The notes beneath the pieces are model-generated. The model was not told the origin of the DNA and made no database searches. It saw only the letters and a program-made list of their open reading frames with translations. A program made the translations under genes and the position numbers. A DNA stretch of 64,000 nucleotides. Origin: Planctomycetota bacterium. GTDB taxonomy: Bacteria; Planctomycetota; UBA1135; UBA2386. Positions 19,357 through 29,592 of this stretch are shown here, piece by piece (the first letter of the stretch is position 1; every line of letters begins with the position of its first letter). The DNA lies in the NCBI GenBank assembly GCA_947501605.1, contig CANMWZ010000009.1, positions 32,001 to 96,000 on the forward strand. Reading direction: 5' to 3'.

Positions 19357-19971
19357 ATGAAGACTCTGCTCGCTGTCGCGGCCCTGACCGCCGCGTTTTC
19401 GTTCCGCACCGATCCGGTCACCAGCCCCGCGCCGAAGGACGCGTGGATCATCGACACGGCGCATTCGTCCGTCGTGTTCAAGGTCAAGCACGCTGGCTCA
19501 TCGTGGTTCTACGGCGTCTTCAAGACCGTGACCGGCACGATCGCGCTCGACGCGGCGGCGCCAGACCAGAGCTCGTTCGCTGTCGAAATCGACGCGGCGT
19601 CGATCGACACGCGCATCGCGGACCGCGACCAGCATCTGCGCGGGCCAGATTTCTTCGACTGCAAGCAGTTCCCGACGCTGAGCTTCACGAGTTCCAAGGT
19701 CGAGAAGGCCGGGGACGATTTCACGGTCGCCGGCACGTTGTCGCTGCACGGCATCGACAAACCGCTGACCGTCGTCGTGAAGCCGAGCGGCACGGGCGAG
19801 ATGATGGGCAAGAAGGTGGCCGGCTTCGAGACGACCTTTGTGATCAAGCGCAGCGACTTCGGCATCGAGTACGGGCTCGCGCAAAAAGCCCTTGGCGACG
19901 AGGTGCACCTGACGATCGCGGTCGAGGCCAATCCAATGGAAGCCAAGAAGGAAGCGGGCAAGTCCAAATGA
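19357..19971 (+). CDS. yceI: YceI family polyisoprenoid-binding protein
   Basis: WIIDTAHSSVVFKVKH, SIDT...RDQHLR..DFFD, IKRSDFG; GGAGG RBS. Confidence 0.9.
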   Translation: MKTLLAVAALTAAFSFRTDPVTSPAPKDAWIIDTAHSSVVFKVKHAGSSWFYGVFKTVTGTIALDAAAPDQSSFAVEIDAASIDTRIADRDQHLRGPDFFDCKQFPTLSFTSSKVEKAGDDFTVAGTLSLHGIDKPLTVVVKPSGTGEMMGKKVAGFETTFVIKRSDFGIEYGLAQKALGDEVHLTIAVEANPMEAKKEAGKSK

Positions 19972-20001
19972 CCGTCACCGTCGCGAGGAGCTGAGCAGCC
20001 C

Positions 20002-20832
20002 GTGGCCGATGTAATCCGTGCCGTGCTCTATGGCGTGCTGCCAGCACTCGGGGCGGCGCTGCTGTTGGTCGGGCTCCTAGGCACCCGGTGGCTTGGCGTC
20101 GCGAACGGGCTAGGCCTGCTGGTGACCCTTGGTCTGCTGAAGCAGCGTCGGCCGCTGTGGCCGCATGAGCTGTGGGCGGGCAACAACGACGCGATGCTGT
20201 GGTTGTGCTGGGGCGCGCTTGCGGTCGGCCTGCTCGCGGCCCTGCACCCACGGCGGGAGTTGCCGGGTTGGCTCGCGGTGCCATCTGGGCTCGCCTGCAT
20301 TGGCGGCAACTTCTGGCTGGTGCTGGTCAATCCGCGAAAGCGCTGGGAAGTGACGGAGTGCGTGCTGCAGCACGGCGCCGCCATCGCGGTGGCAGCCGTG
20401 GGGTGGTTGTCCGTGCGGCGCGCGATCGGTGCGCGTCCAGGTCCCCTCATGGCTTGGGCACTCAGTGGCTGCCTCGCGGGGGATGCCGCGTTGTTGCACT
20501 TCAGCGGCAGCACGCTGCAAGGTCAGCTCGGCGGCGCCGTGGCGACGGCGTTTGCCGCGGCCGCCGGAACCGCATTGTGGCGCCACCCATTCGTGCTCGA
20601 TCGCACCGCAGCCTTGCCGTTCGCGGCGATTCATGGCGGCCTGCTCCTGACCGGCGTCCACCTCAGCGAGCTCGGTCCGGTGCCCGCAGTCCTGGCGGGG
20701 GTGGCACCGTGCGCGCTGGTGCTCTGTGGGGCGGCCAATACGGGCACCGCCGGGGCGATGCGCTTCCTGCTCGGGTTTGCCGGGATGGTCGCGCTGCTCG
20801 GGTCGGCCGTCTGGCTGACGCAGAAGGGCTGA
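20002..20832 (+). CDS. Polytopic membrane protein of unknown function
   Basis: Many hydrophobic segments; GAGGAG upstream of the GTG start. Confidence 0.7.
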   Translation: MADVIRAVLYGVLPALGAALLLVGLLGTRWLGVANGLGLLVTLGLLKQRRPLWPHELWAGNNDAMLWLCWGALAVGLLAALHPRRELPGWLAVPSGLACIGGNFWLVLVNPRKRWEVTECVLQHGAAIAVAAVGWLSVRRAIGARPGPLMAWALSGCLAGDAALLHFSGSTLQGQLGGAVATAFAAAAGTALWRHPFVLDRTAALPFAAIHGGLLLTGVHLSELGPVPAVLAGVAPCALVLCGAANTGTAGAMRFLLGFAGMVALLGSAVWLTQKG

Positions 20833-20949
20833 CGGCGCGCGCGAGACCGCCAAAGAAAACCCGAGGTCGCGGCAAGACAACCAGGCTGCGATCTTGCATC
20901 ATCGTTCGCCGGTCACCTGGGCGGGTGGCCGACATTCCTTCAGCTACCG

Positions 20950-21894
20950 ATGGTCGACCGTTTGGGAGATAGGCAGCCCGGTGTCGCTCCTGCGACCGCC
21001 GGAGCTCTGGGTCCGCGTGGACGCGGGCTGTTCGGTCGTTTGCTCGACGGTCTCCGCAGTAGCCCCGCGCAGCGCGCCGAAGCGTGCTCGATTGCGGTCG
21101 CGAGCGGCAAGGGCGGAACTGGCAAGTCGTTTGTCGCTACGTCGCTCGCCGTGTTGCTGCATCGGGCCGGGCGCCGCACGACGTTGGTGGACTGTGACTT
21201 TGGCCTCGCGGCTGACCACCTGTTGCTGGGCGTCAAGCCGATTGCATCGCTGCAGCAGCTGCTGAGCGGCAAGGCGACGTTGGCACAGGTGTTGATCGAG
21301 ACGCCGTGTGGACCGCGGTTGCTGCCGGGTGCGTCGGGAGTGCGCAAGCTGGCCGCGATGAGCGACAAGGACATGCTGCAGTTCGCGCATGAACTCGGCG
21401 CCGTGGCTGCGGACAACGACGTCGTGCTACTCGACGTCGGGGCTGGGATCTCGCCGGCAGTGCTGCTGACCATGCTCGCGGCGGATCACATCGTGCTGGT
21501 CACCCAGCCCGAGATCGCCGCGCTCGTCGATGCCTACGCCGTCGTCAAGTGCGTTGCCCAACTGCGCAGCGACTCGCGCTTCCATGTGCTCGTGAACCGC
21601 GTGCAAACAAAAGGTCGCGGCGAGCAGGCCTACCAGAAGTTGACGGAGGTCTCGCGTCAGCACGTTGGCATCTCGCTCGACTATCTGGGCGAAGTGCTCG
21701 ACGATCCGCGCGTCAGTCAGCATCGACTCGGTCAACTGCCGCTGGTCGTCACCGAGCCAGGCGCCGCGACCAGCCTCGCCATGCTCGACATCGCCACGCG
21801 CCTCGAGCAGATCGCGGGTCCCCTGCAGCGTCGCTCCGTCGAAGGCGAAGCGGGGATCGAAGCGCGATTCCGCCGGCACCGACTGTTCCTCTGA
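20950..21894 (+). CDS. MinD/ParA family ATPase, FleN/FlhG-like
   Basis: ASGKGGTGKS, VDCDFGLA, LLPGASG, DVGAGIS, PEIAALVDAYA. Confidence 0.85.
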   Translation: MVDRLGDRQPGVAPATAGALGPRGRGLFGRLLDGLRSSPAQRAEACSIAVASGKGGTGKSFVATSLAVLLHRAGRRTTLVDCDFGLAADHLLLGVKPIASLQQLLSGKATLAQVLIETPCGPRLLPGASGVRKLAAMSDKDMLQFAHELGAVAADNDVVLLDVGAGISPAVLLTMLAADHIVLVTQPEIAALVDAYAVVKCVAQLRSDSRFHVLVNRVQTKGRGEQAYQKLTEVSRQHVGISLDYLGEVLDDPRVSQHRLGQLPLVVTEPGAATSLAMLDIATRLEQIAGPLQRRSVEGEAGIEARFRRHRLFL

Positions 21895-22003
21895 ACGGCG
21901 TTTGCTGGGGCGGTCGCACGGCTGCTTTCGGCTGCTTTCGGCTCGCACCCGCGACCAGCGATCCGTGAACGCCTGCGGCCTCGGCGAACCGCGCCGTTCG
22001 CGC

Positions 22004-22729
22004 TCAGCGCGACGGTGGCACGGTTCCGCGCACGACGCAGTAAGCCTCCCAGTAGCCGCGACCGCGGCCGTGCACCAAGGAGCGATACGCGTTGAGGCCG
22101 CGAACGCAATGGTCGTAGGCGACGTACGCGGTCTGGCTCTCGTAGCAGAGCATGGCCTTCTGCTTCTGCTCGATCACGGACGTGACGTCGAGCACGAGGT
22201 CCGGCAGCATCGCGTTCCAGACTTCGTAGCCAAGGGCTAGGCCGTCGAAGCCGACCCGATCCAGTGCCTGCACGACAGTGTGGTGCAACGCGTGATGGTC
22301 GGGGTGGCCTTCAAGGGCCCAGGGCACGTAGACCACGCGTGGTCGCGCAGCTTGCAGTGCACGCACGGCATGCTGGGTCGCGAGCTCGAGGTCCTTCGCG
22401 CTGAGTTGGCAGCTGTCAGGAAAGCCCCAGAAGGCGACGTCGTGCACGCCGAGCTCGGCGAGGCCGCGGCGCGACTCGTCGCGGCGTCGCTGCGGGTAGG
22501 TGAGGGGGTCGTAGCGGCCGTCGGGGTCGCCGGCTTTGCCGTCAGTCGCGACCACGACCGCGACGGCATCGCCGGCCAGCCGGTGCAGCGCCAGGGCGCC
22601 GCCGGGCCCGGCGATTTCGTCGTCAGGATGCGGTGCGAAGGCGAGGGCTGGGCCAGCCGGGACGGCCTTGAGGAGATGGGGCGCGCGCGGCACCGGCGGC
22701 ATCGACTCGAACACGGACATGCGGCGCAT
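22004..22729 (-). CDS. PIG-L/LmbE family deacetylase
   Basis: APHPDDE, RRDESR, GHPDH, YESQ. Confidence 0.88.
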   Translation of the reverse strand: MRRMSVFESMPPVPRAPHLLKAVPAGPALAFAPHPDDEIAGPGGALALHRLAGDAVAVVVATDGKAGDPDGRYDPLTYPQRRRDESRRGLAELGVHDVAFWGFPDSCQLSAKDLELATQHAVRALQAARPRVVYVPWALEGHPDHHALHHTVVQALDRVGFDGLALGYEVWNAMLPDLVLDVTSVIEQKQKAMLCYESQTAYVAYDHCVRGLNAYRSLVHGRGRGYWEAYCVVRGTVPPSR

Positions 22730-23012
22730 CCTACGTCGGCGCTCTGCTCGGCCTCAAAGGCGAAGTCCAGTCGGGCGGTCTCCGGTCCTCAAGTCCTGCG
22801 GCGTCATGGGGTCCCACAGTCAGATTCGGCTCGCCGTCATCGGTGGGCCGAAGTGCCGTTGCGAATGTGCTCGGGGGAGGGTTGCACTCCGAGCCCTGGC
22901 GGGCACGTTGTTCGGCTCGATCCGGCCCCATGGACGTTTTGCACGCGATCTTCGCCGTGCCTTCTTCCAGCCGTGGAGCCTGCTTCGCACCTTGTTCCCT
23001 GTAGGCACATAC

Positions 23013-24968
23013 ATGCTCCGATTCTCCAGTGCGATCGTTCTGCTCGCGTCCACCGTTGTGGCGCAGGACCATCTGTTCACGTTCGGCTTCGCCAGCTCCC
23101 TCGGCCCGGCCGCTCCGAATCCCGGACTGTCGACCTCGAACGCGGCGCACCCCTCGGGGCGCGTCAAGGACAACAACCTCGACGGTTTCATCCAAGTCCC
23201 GACCGAACTGCACACCTTCCTCTCGACCTGCTACCACACGAGTGGTGGCGCCTGCTTCATGACCGACGTCCGCGCGGTCGTGACCAACGGCGAGTACGAG
23301 TTCTTCTTCACCGACAGCGAACAGGGTCGCGTCATCCGCGGCGTCGATCGCAACCACAACGGTTTGCTCGATCGCGACGAGGACACGAATGGCAATGGCG
23401 TGTTGAACGTCGGCGAGGACACCAACGGCAACCTCGTGCTCGATACCGAAGTCAGCGAGTTCGCCTACTTCGGCGTCGGCACCGGCGTCGGTGCGATCAA
23501 GTTGTTCGCCCCTGACACGCTCGGTGTCTACCGCGACCCGATCAGCAGCCAGACTCGCGTCTACGTCGGTATCGATACGCCATCGAACCTCGGGTTCGCG
23601 CGCGGCATCCACAAGCTCGTCGACGTCAACAACGACGGCGATGCCAAGGACCCAGGGGAGTCCTCACTGTTCGTCAACTCGACGATCCCGCTGACCACGC
23701 CGGGCCTCGGCACGCCGCTGCCAAACTTCTGGCAGCAGGTCCGCATCCTGCCGGGCGGCAAGATCATCGGCTACGCCAGTGGCTTGACCTACACGGCCTT
23801 GAGCACGTTGACGAACGAGAACTGCTTCTACGGCTTCACCGACAATGGCGGCGCAACGGCTGCGACGGTTGAGGTCTGGTTCAACTGCTCGACGCTCAAC
23901 TTGCTGCCGCGCCACCCGGACTTCCAGAGCGGCACGTTCCCGGTGATGGACATCGACTACGTGAACGGCGTCACGCCGACGCGGCGCACGTTCGCGCGTT
24001 GGCTCGCAGTCAGTGAGGCTGGTGGTACTGCCGGCGTCGTTCCTGCGTACTACCTCGCGAACAGCTACACCTGGGGCACGACCCAGGCGCCGCCGTCGTT
24101 CGGTGACATCAACGTCAACGGTCAGCACCTCTCGGGCCTCGTCTACCGCGTCAACGACCTCAACAACAACCAGGTCATCGACGCCGGCGAACTTGGCCTC
24201 TGGGCCAACATGTCGGGTGCCACGGTCGCAGGCATTCCGGCCGCGACCTTCGTGAACGCGCAGAGCAGCGTGGTCATCAACACGTTGAACGACCGCACCT
24301 GGAGCGTCGATGCGACGCGCGAGGGCGAGTTCAACTTCGTCTACGCCAACGGTGGCGGCGCCGATGCGATGGTGGCGATCCGCGACACCAGCTTTGACGA
24401 CGTGATCCAGACCGGCGAAATCAACATGACGTACTACACGTCAGCGCCCGGCGGCGTCTTCCCGCCGCCGATGAACCCGGCGCTCGGTCCGTTCTTCAGC
24501 AGCGGCCACGCGTCGCTGGCGGACGGTACCCTTCCTGGCCCGTTCCTCACCGGCCTCGGCGTCACTGGCGAAGGCTGCATGGTCCCCGGCACGGGCTACA
24601 ACACGCTGATGGATGCGTGGGGCGGCTCGCCGGCGCAGGGCAACGCCGCGTTCAAGATCGGTGCGATCCGCGGCATTCCGTTCTTCCCCGCGATCATGAC
24701 CATCGAAGCGGCGCTGCTGCCAGCTCCGTTCCCGTTGTCGTCGGTTGGCTTCCCGGCCGGCTGTCAGCTCTACACGCCAAACCCGCAGATCTTCGGCTTC
24801 ACCTTTGCCGACGCGCGCGGCCGCTCGATCTTTGGCGCGGGCATCCCGGTGAACCCCGGTCTCATTGGCCAGACTGCCATCTTCCAGGGCGCAGTCCTCG
24901 ACACGTCGAGCCCCGCGTCACTGCAGTGGCACACGACGAACGCGCTGCTGGTCACGATCCAGCCGTGA
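23013..24968 (+). CDS. Secreted protein with DxDxNG calcium-binding-like loops plus the shared C-terminal module
   Basis: Signal peptide ending VVA-Q; DNNLDG, DRNHNG, EDTNGNG x2, DVNNDGD, DLNNNQ. Confidence 0.8.
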   Translation: MLRFSSAIVLLASTVVAQDHLFTFGFASSLGPAAPNPGLSTSNAAHPSGRVKDNNLDGFIQVPTELHTFLSTCYHTSGGACFMTDVRAVVTNGEYEFFFTDSEQGRVIRGVDRNHNGLLDRDEDTNGNGVLNVGEDTNGNLVLDTEVSEFAYFGVGTGVGAIKLFAPDTLGVYRDPISSQTRVYVGIDTPSNLGFARGIHKLVDVNNDGDAKDPGESSLFVNSTIPLTTPGLGTPLPNFWQQVRILPGGKIIGYASGLTYTALSTLTNENCFYGFTDNGGATAATVEVWFNCSTLNLLPRHPDFQSGTFPVMDIDYVNGVTPTRRTFARWLAVSEAGGTAGVVPAYYLANSYTWGTTQAPPSFGDINVNGQHLSGLVYRVNDLNNNQVIDAGELGLWANMSGATVAGIPAATFVNAQSSVVINTLNDRTWSVDATREGEFNFVYANGGGADAMVAIRDTSFDDVIQTGEINMTYYTSAPGGVFPPPMNPALGPFFSSGHASLADGTLPGPFLTGLGVTGEGCMVPGTGYNTLMDAWGGSPAQGNAAFKIGAIRGIPFFPAIMTIEAALLPAPFPLSSVGFPAGCQLYTPNPQIFGFTFADARGRSIFGAGIPVNPGLIGQTAIFQGAVLDTSSPASLQWHTTNALLVTIQP

Positions 24969-24995
24969 TCGGCTAGCGCGCCGCGCCGCGCGTTC

Positions 24996-26822
24996 CTACT
25001 GAGGAGCGCGCGGCTGCAGTCGCGGCAACAAGCGCAGCAGGATCGCAATCGCGATCGCCGCGAACAGCAGGCACATCGTGGCCTTGCCCCAGTCGCCGAA
25101 GATGGCGGCACCGATCCCGGGCAATGTGGCCCAGATCGCGGCGGTGCCGAGCACGGCGCAGAACAGCGACATGCCGAGCGTCCCATCCGGCTTCGCCTCG
25201 GGCGCGACCGCGCGGATCGGGCCCCAGCCGGGCCCGTCCGGGCGCACCTTGCGGAAGAACGCGGCGAGGTGCTCCTTGGGCTCTGGCCTCGTCACGAACG
25301 TGGCCACGAGCCACAGCACCAAAGTGCCAGTGGCGACGATCAGCGCGGTGTACTGCGCGGGCATGTGCTCGGCCTTTGGTAGATCCGACTCGACCGCGGC
25401 GCGCCATGCCGTGACTAGCGAGAACAACACGACCGAGCCGACCATCGCGACGATTTCGCTCCACGCGTTGATGCGCCACCAGAACCACCGCAGGATGAAC
25501 ACCGCGCCGAGTCCGGCGCCGAGGGCCGCTAGCAGTGCCCATGCGTCCTTCACCGACACGTTCTGCACGATCATGATCCACGACGCGATGCCGCCGAGGA
25601 GCAGCACGATCGCCGAGGCCCATTTCGACGCCGCCACGAGGTCGCGGTCGTTTGCCTCTGGTCGCGCGAATCGCCGCCACACGTCGTTGACGAGATAGCT
25701 CGCGCCCCAGTTCATCTGCGTGCTGATCGTCGACATGTAGGCGGCAAAGAAGGTGACCAGCAGCAGCCCGCGCAGGCCGGTGGGCGCCAGTTCGCGAATC
25801 AGCATCGGAAAGCCGGTGCCGGCGTCGGTCGCATCGTTGCCGTCTGTCGCCCAGGTGCGGAGTTCGGGGTGCAGAGCCAGCGCCGCGAACGCGACCAGGA
25901 TCCATGGCCACGGCCGCAGGCAGTAGTGGGCGAGCTGGAACAGCAGTGTCGCCTTCACCGCGTGGCGCTCGTCCTTGCACGACGCCATGCGCTGCACGAT
26001 GTAGCCACCGCCACCGGGTTCGGCGCCGGGGTACCACGTGGCCCACCATTGGCCGAGCACGAGGGCCAAGAACACACCGAGTGGCATCCACGCCGCCTGG
26101 GAGAAGTCGGGCACGAAGTCGAACAACTGCGTGCCGCCAAAGTTCTGGATCGCGCGTTCGCGCAGTGCATCGGTGCCGCCGACGTGGTCGACGGCGACGA
26201 CGGCAAACACGATGCAGCCGATCATCGCCAGTACGAACTGCACGACGTCGGTGATGGCGACGCCCCACATGCCCGAGATCACGCTGTAGACGCCGGTCAC
26301 GACGAGCAGGATGGCGACGAGCCAGAAGTCCAACGAGCTGCCGGGCTCGAGGTTGGTCAGCACGGTCTGCTTCAGCACCTGGACCATCGCCTGCGTCACC
26401 CAACCGATGACGATCGAGTTGACGACGACGGCGACGTAGATCGCGCGGAACCCGCGCAAGAACGCGGCCGGCTTGCCGGCGTAGCGCAGTTCGATCAGCT
26501 CGACATCCGTCAGGACCTCGGCGCGGCGCCACAGTTTGGCGAACACGAACACCGTCAACATGCCGCCGAACGCGAAGGCCCACCAGAACCAGTTGCCGGC
26601 GAGGCCGTGCTCGGCGATGAGCCCGGTGAGCGCGAGCGGCGTGTCGGCCGCGAACGTGGTCGCGACCATGGACGTGCCGGCGACCCACCATGGCAGTGAG
26701 CGTCCCGAGGCGAAGTACTCGACGAAGCTCTCGCTCGCCTTGTTCTTGTAGTAGAGCCCGATGCCGAGTGAGACAGCGAAGAAGCCGAGGATGATCGCCC
26801 AATCGATCGCGTGGAGTTCCAT
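24996..26822 (-). CDS. Sodium:solute symporter family protein
   Basis: YFASGRSLPWW, SMVATTFAADTP, IVQRM; many TM helices. Confidence 0.92.
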   Translation of the reverse strand: MELHAIDWAIILGFFAVSLGIGLYYKNKASESFVEYFASGRSLPWWVAGTSMVATTFAADTPLALTGLIAEHGLAGNWFWWAFAFGGMLTVFVFAKLWRRAEVLTDVELIELRYAGKPAAFLRGFRAIYVAVVVNSIVIGWVTQAMVQVLKQTVLTNLEPGSSLDFWLVAILLVVTGVYSVISGMWGVAITDVVQFVLAMIGCIVFAVVAVDHVGGTDALRERAIQNFGGTQLFDFVPDFSQAAWMPLGVFLALVLGQWWATWYPGAEPGGGGYIVQRMASCKDERHAVKATLLFQLAHYCLRPWPWILVAFAALALHPELRTWATDGNDATDAGTGFPMLIRELAPTGLRGLLLVTFFAAYMSTISTQMNWGASYLVNDVWRRFARPEANDRDLVAASKWASAIVLLLGGIASWIMIVQNVSVKDAWALLAALGAGLGAVFILRWFWWRINAWSEIVAMVGSVVLFSLVTAWRAAVESDLPKAEHMPAQYTALIVATGTLVLWLVATFVTRPEPKEHLAAFFRKVRPDGPGWGPIRAVAPEAKPDGTLGMSLFCAVLGTAAIWATLPGIGAAIFGDWGKATMCLLFAAIAIAILLRLLPRLQPRAPQ

Positions 26823-26914
26823 CGCGAGCTAAGGAAGCGCGCACAGCGCCCGTTGGCCAGCGCCATCTGCCATCTCGCAAGCGATCGTCGTTCGCGGTAG
26901 TTTTTCGTCGGCGG

Positions 26915-28066
26915 ATGCTCCGGATACGACACGACGAAGCGCGCGCGGCGTTGCCGTTGCGCGTCTCTGCCGACATCGACCTCGGCGCGGTGCGCGACAA
27001 CCTCGGGTTGCTGCGTTCGCGTTTGCGTACGGGCTGTCGGGTGATCGCCGTGGTCAAGGCCGATGGCTATGGCCACGGCGCGGTGCAGGTTGCGCGAACG
27101 GCGCTCGCAGCGGGCGCCGCCGAACTCGCGGTGGCCGATGCCGGGGAAGGCGTGCGCTTGCGCGAAGCGGGCGTCGAGGCGCCGATCCTGGTGGTGGGGC
27201 CGAGCCAGCCCGAAGACGCCGCCGCGATCGTGCACCATCGCTTGCGGCCGACGGTCGCCGACGCCGAGTTCGCGCGCGCGCTCGCGGCGCACGCGCAAAG
27301 GACCGTTCCGATCGAGATCGAACTCGACACCGGGATGCGCCGGCACGGGATCCTGGACGAAGACGCGGTGGCCTTCGTGCGCTCGTTGCGGGTGCACAAG
27401 CACCTGCAGGTCCGCGCGGTGTTCACGCACTTCGCCGGACTCGATCGCACGGCGATCGAGGACATGCGCGCGCAGTGGCGTCGCTTCGAAGCGGCCAGGG
27501 AGGCGCTGGCTTTTGTCGGCTACGACGTCGAGGCGCACGCGTGCAACACGCTGGCGACGGTGCTGCTGCCGGAGGCGCACGCCGCGGCGGTTCGCATCGG
27601 CGGCGGGCTCTACGGCTTCGATTGCGGCACCAGGCTCTCCGGTCTGCGCCCGGCGATGACGTTGAAGACGCGCGTGGTCGGCGTTCGCGGAGCGGCTCCG
27701 GGCGACTTCGTCGGTTACGGCGCGATGCACCGGGTGACGCGCGCGACGACGCTGTTGCTGCTGCCGTGCGGCTACGCCGACGGCCTCTCGCGCGCCCATT
27801 GGAACGGCAAGGACGTGCTGGTGCGAGGTCATCGGCGGCCGATCGTCGGCCAGGTCAGCATGAACCAGACGGTGGTGGACGGCGGCGACCTCGACTTCGA
27901 GATCGGCGACGAAGTGGTGCTGCTCGGCGCCCAAGGTCGCGAACGGATCCGCGCCGAAGACCGCGCCGCTAGCGGTTGCTCGGCCTACGAAGTGACGACG
28001 CTGCTGCGCAGTGACCTCGCTCGCCGCTACGTGGGTGCGGAACCGGCGGTGTCCAGGCTGTCGTAA
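26915..28066 (+). CDS. alr: Alanine racemase
   Basis: AVVKADGYGHG (PLP lysine), DTGMRR, THFA, VGYG, GYADG. Confidence 0.93.
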   Translation: MLRIRHDEARAALPLRVSADIDLGAVRDNLGLLRSRLRTGCRVIAVVKADGYGHGAVQVARTALAAGAAELAVADAGEGVRLREAGVEAPILVVGPSQPEDAAAIVHHRLRPTVADAEFARALAAHAQRTVPIEIELDTGMRRHGILDEDAVAFVRSLRVHKHLQVRAVFTHFAGLDRTAIEDMRAQWRRFEAAREALAFVGYDVEAHACNTLATVLLPEAHAAAVRIGGGLYGFDCGTRLSGLRPAMTLKTRVVGVRGAAPGDFVGYGAMHRVTRATTLLLLPCGYADGLSRAHWNGKDVLVRGHRRPIVGQVSMNQTVVDGGDLDFEIGDEVVLLGAQGRERIRAEDRAASGCSAYEVTTLLRSDLARRYVGAEPAVSRLS

Positions 28067-28173
28067 GCGCGACGTCGCGCCGCCCGGCGTCGTCGGGTCA
28101 GAAACCGCAGGCGCTCACTTCGCCGCACCGGGCGCCGCGGTAACGTGCTCGCCCCCGCACGCGCACCCAACCC

Positions 28174-28911
28174 ATGCACTCCGTCCTCTTGTCCGCGGCC
28201 ATCGGCCTCGCTTTCGGCTTCGGCGGCTACTTCTTCGGCGCCTGGCAGCTGATCTGGGCAATCCTCTTCACTTTGGTGCTGACGATCGTCGCCTTCGTGG
28301 TGCTCGCGCGCCGCTTGACGAAGCGCTTGCAACCAATGATGGTCCGAGTGCAACAGCAGATGGAAGCGCGCATGCCGGATGCGGCAATGCAGAGCCTTCG
28401 TGAGTTGCTGCCACACGGCAAGTGGATGCCTCTGCTCGAAGGCCAGATCTATGCGCAAATGGGCATGCTTTCGTACCAGTTGGGCAAGCGCGACGAAGCG
28501 ATCGAGTTGCTCAAGAAGTCCTCGCGCCGCCTGCCCGACGGCCAGATCGTGCTGGCGGTGATGCAGTACGGCAAAGGCGAGAAGGCCGTGGCGCTGCAGA
28601 CGCTGCAGCTCGCCGGCATGGTCAGCAAGAAGCACTCGCTGCTGCACAACGTGCGCGCGTGGCTGTTGGCGAAAGAAGGCCGCGCGGACGAAGCGATCGC
28701 CGTCCTGGCGGCGTTCACCAAGAAGAACCTGACCGACGAGACCAGCAAGGACAACCTGCTGCGCTTGCAGAACGGCAAGAAGATGTCGATGAAGTCGTTC
28801 GGCTTGATCTGGTATGCGCTCGGCTTCGAGACACCGCCGCCGGAGATGGGGCAGATGCAGCAGGCGCGGAAGGGGTTCCGCACGCCGCCGAAGCAACGCG
28901 GCGGCGGCTGA
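28174..28911 (+). CDS. Membrane-anchored TPR-like protein
   Basis: Two N-terminal TM segments followed by TPR-like helices; strong GC3 codon bias. Confidence 0.75.
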   Translation: MHSVLLSAAIGLAFGFGGYFFGAWQLIWAILFTLVLTIVAFVVLARRLTKRLQPMMVRVQQQMEARMPDAAMQSLRELLPHGKWMPLLEGQIYAQMGMLSYQLGKRDEAIELLKKSSRRLPDGQIVLAVMQYGKGEKAVALQTLQLAGMVSKKHSLLHNVRAWLLAKEGRADEAIAVLAAFTKKNLTDETSKDNLLRLQNGKKMSMKSFGLIWYALGFETPPPEMGQMQQARKGFRTPPKQRGGG

Positions 28912-29049
28912 GTCAGCGCGCTGGTGCGCGGCCAGCAGAGGTGTCCCAGTGGAGGTGTCCCTGTGGCGAGGACACATTCGCCCCAACCTGTCCTTCGTCC
29001 AAGGACACCTTGCCGTCAGCGCCGAACGAGTCGGAGCGCCGCCGCGGCC

Positions 29050-29321
29050 TCAGTTGCGCCGCAGGTTGAGCTTGCTGATGCTGACGCCAGCGGACTCACG
29101 ACGTTGAGCACCTTGACCGTGACGATCTGACCGGCCTTCACCACTTCGCGCGGGTCCTCAACGAAGCGATCCGCCAGCTGGCTGATGTGGACCAACCCGT
29201 CCTGGTGCACACCGACGTCGACGAAGGCGCCGAAGTTCGTCACGTTGGTGACGACGCCTTCGAGCTGCATGCCCGGAGTCAGGTCCTCCACCTCCTGCCC
29301 ACCTTCTTGGAAGGTCGCGGT
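29050..29321 (-). pseudogene. tex: Decayed duplicate of the tex 3' end (S1 domain and C-terminus)
   Basis: Aligns to 31207-31677 with a 198-bp internal deletion, a 1-nt deletion near the stop, and mostly synonymous substitutions. Confidence 0.9.
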
Positions 29322-29592
29322 TCGGAGTGTGGGAGCGAAATCGCTGGAGAGGTTGACCGATCCGATCCAGCCCGGAACAGTGGTTCTGTCGGCACGGGCT
29401 CGATGGACTTCGATCAGGCTCGGCTGCTGCGACCTACGCGCAAGGAGTGCGCGGTCTCGATGCCAGGAGTATCGCCATGTCCCGCAGAAGGTCTGCTCAG
29501 CGCGTCTACTACATGGTGTTCGTCCTGACGGCGGGAGGTGTTCCTTCGCCGGCAGGGTGGATCCAGATCGTCAACTGAGGAGCTCGAACGCC

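Noticed and set aside
29016..29291. 91-aa S1-domain ORF as a functional small gene
   Set aside because: It is the truncated tex copy: the last S1 strands are deleted, the tail is frameshifted and there is no independent start context.
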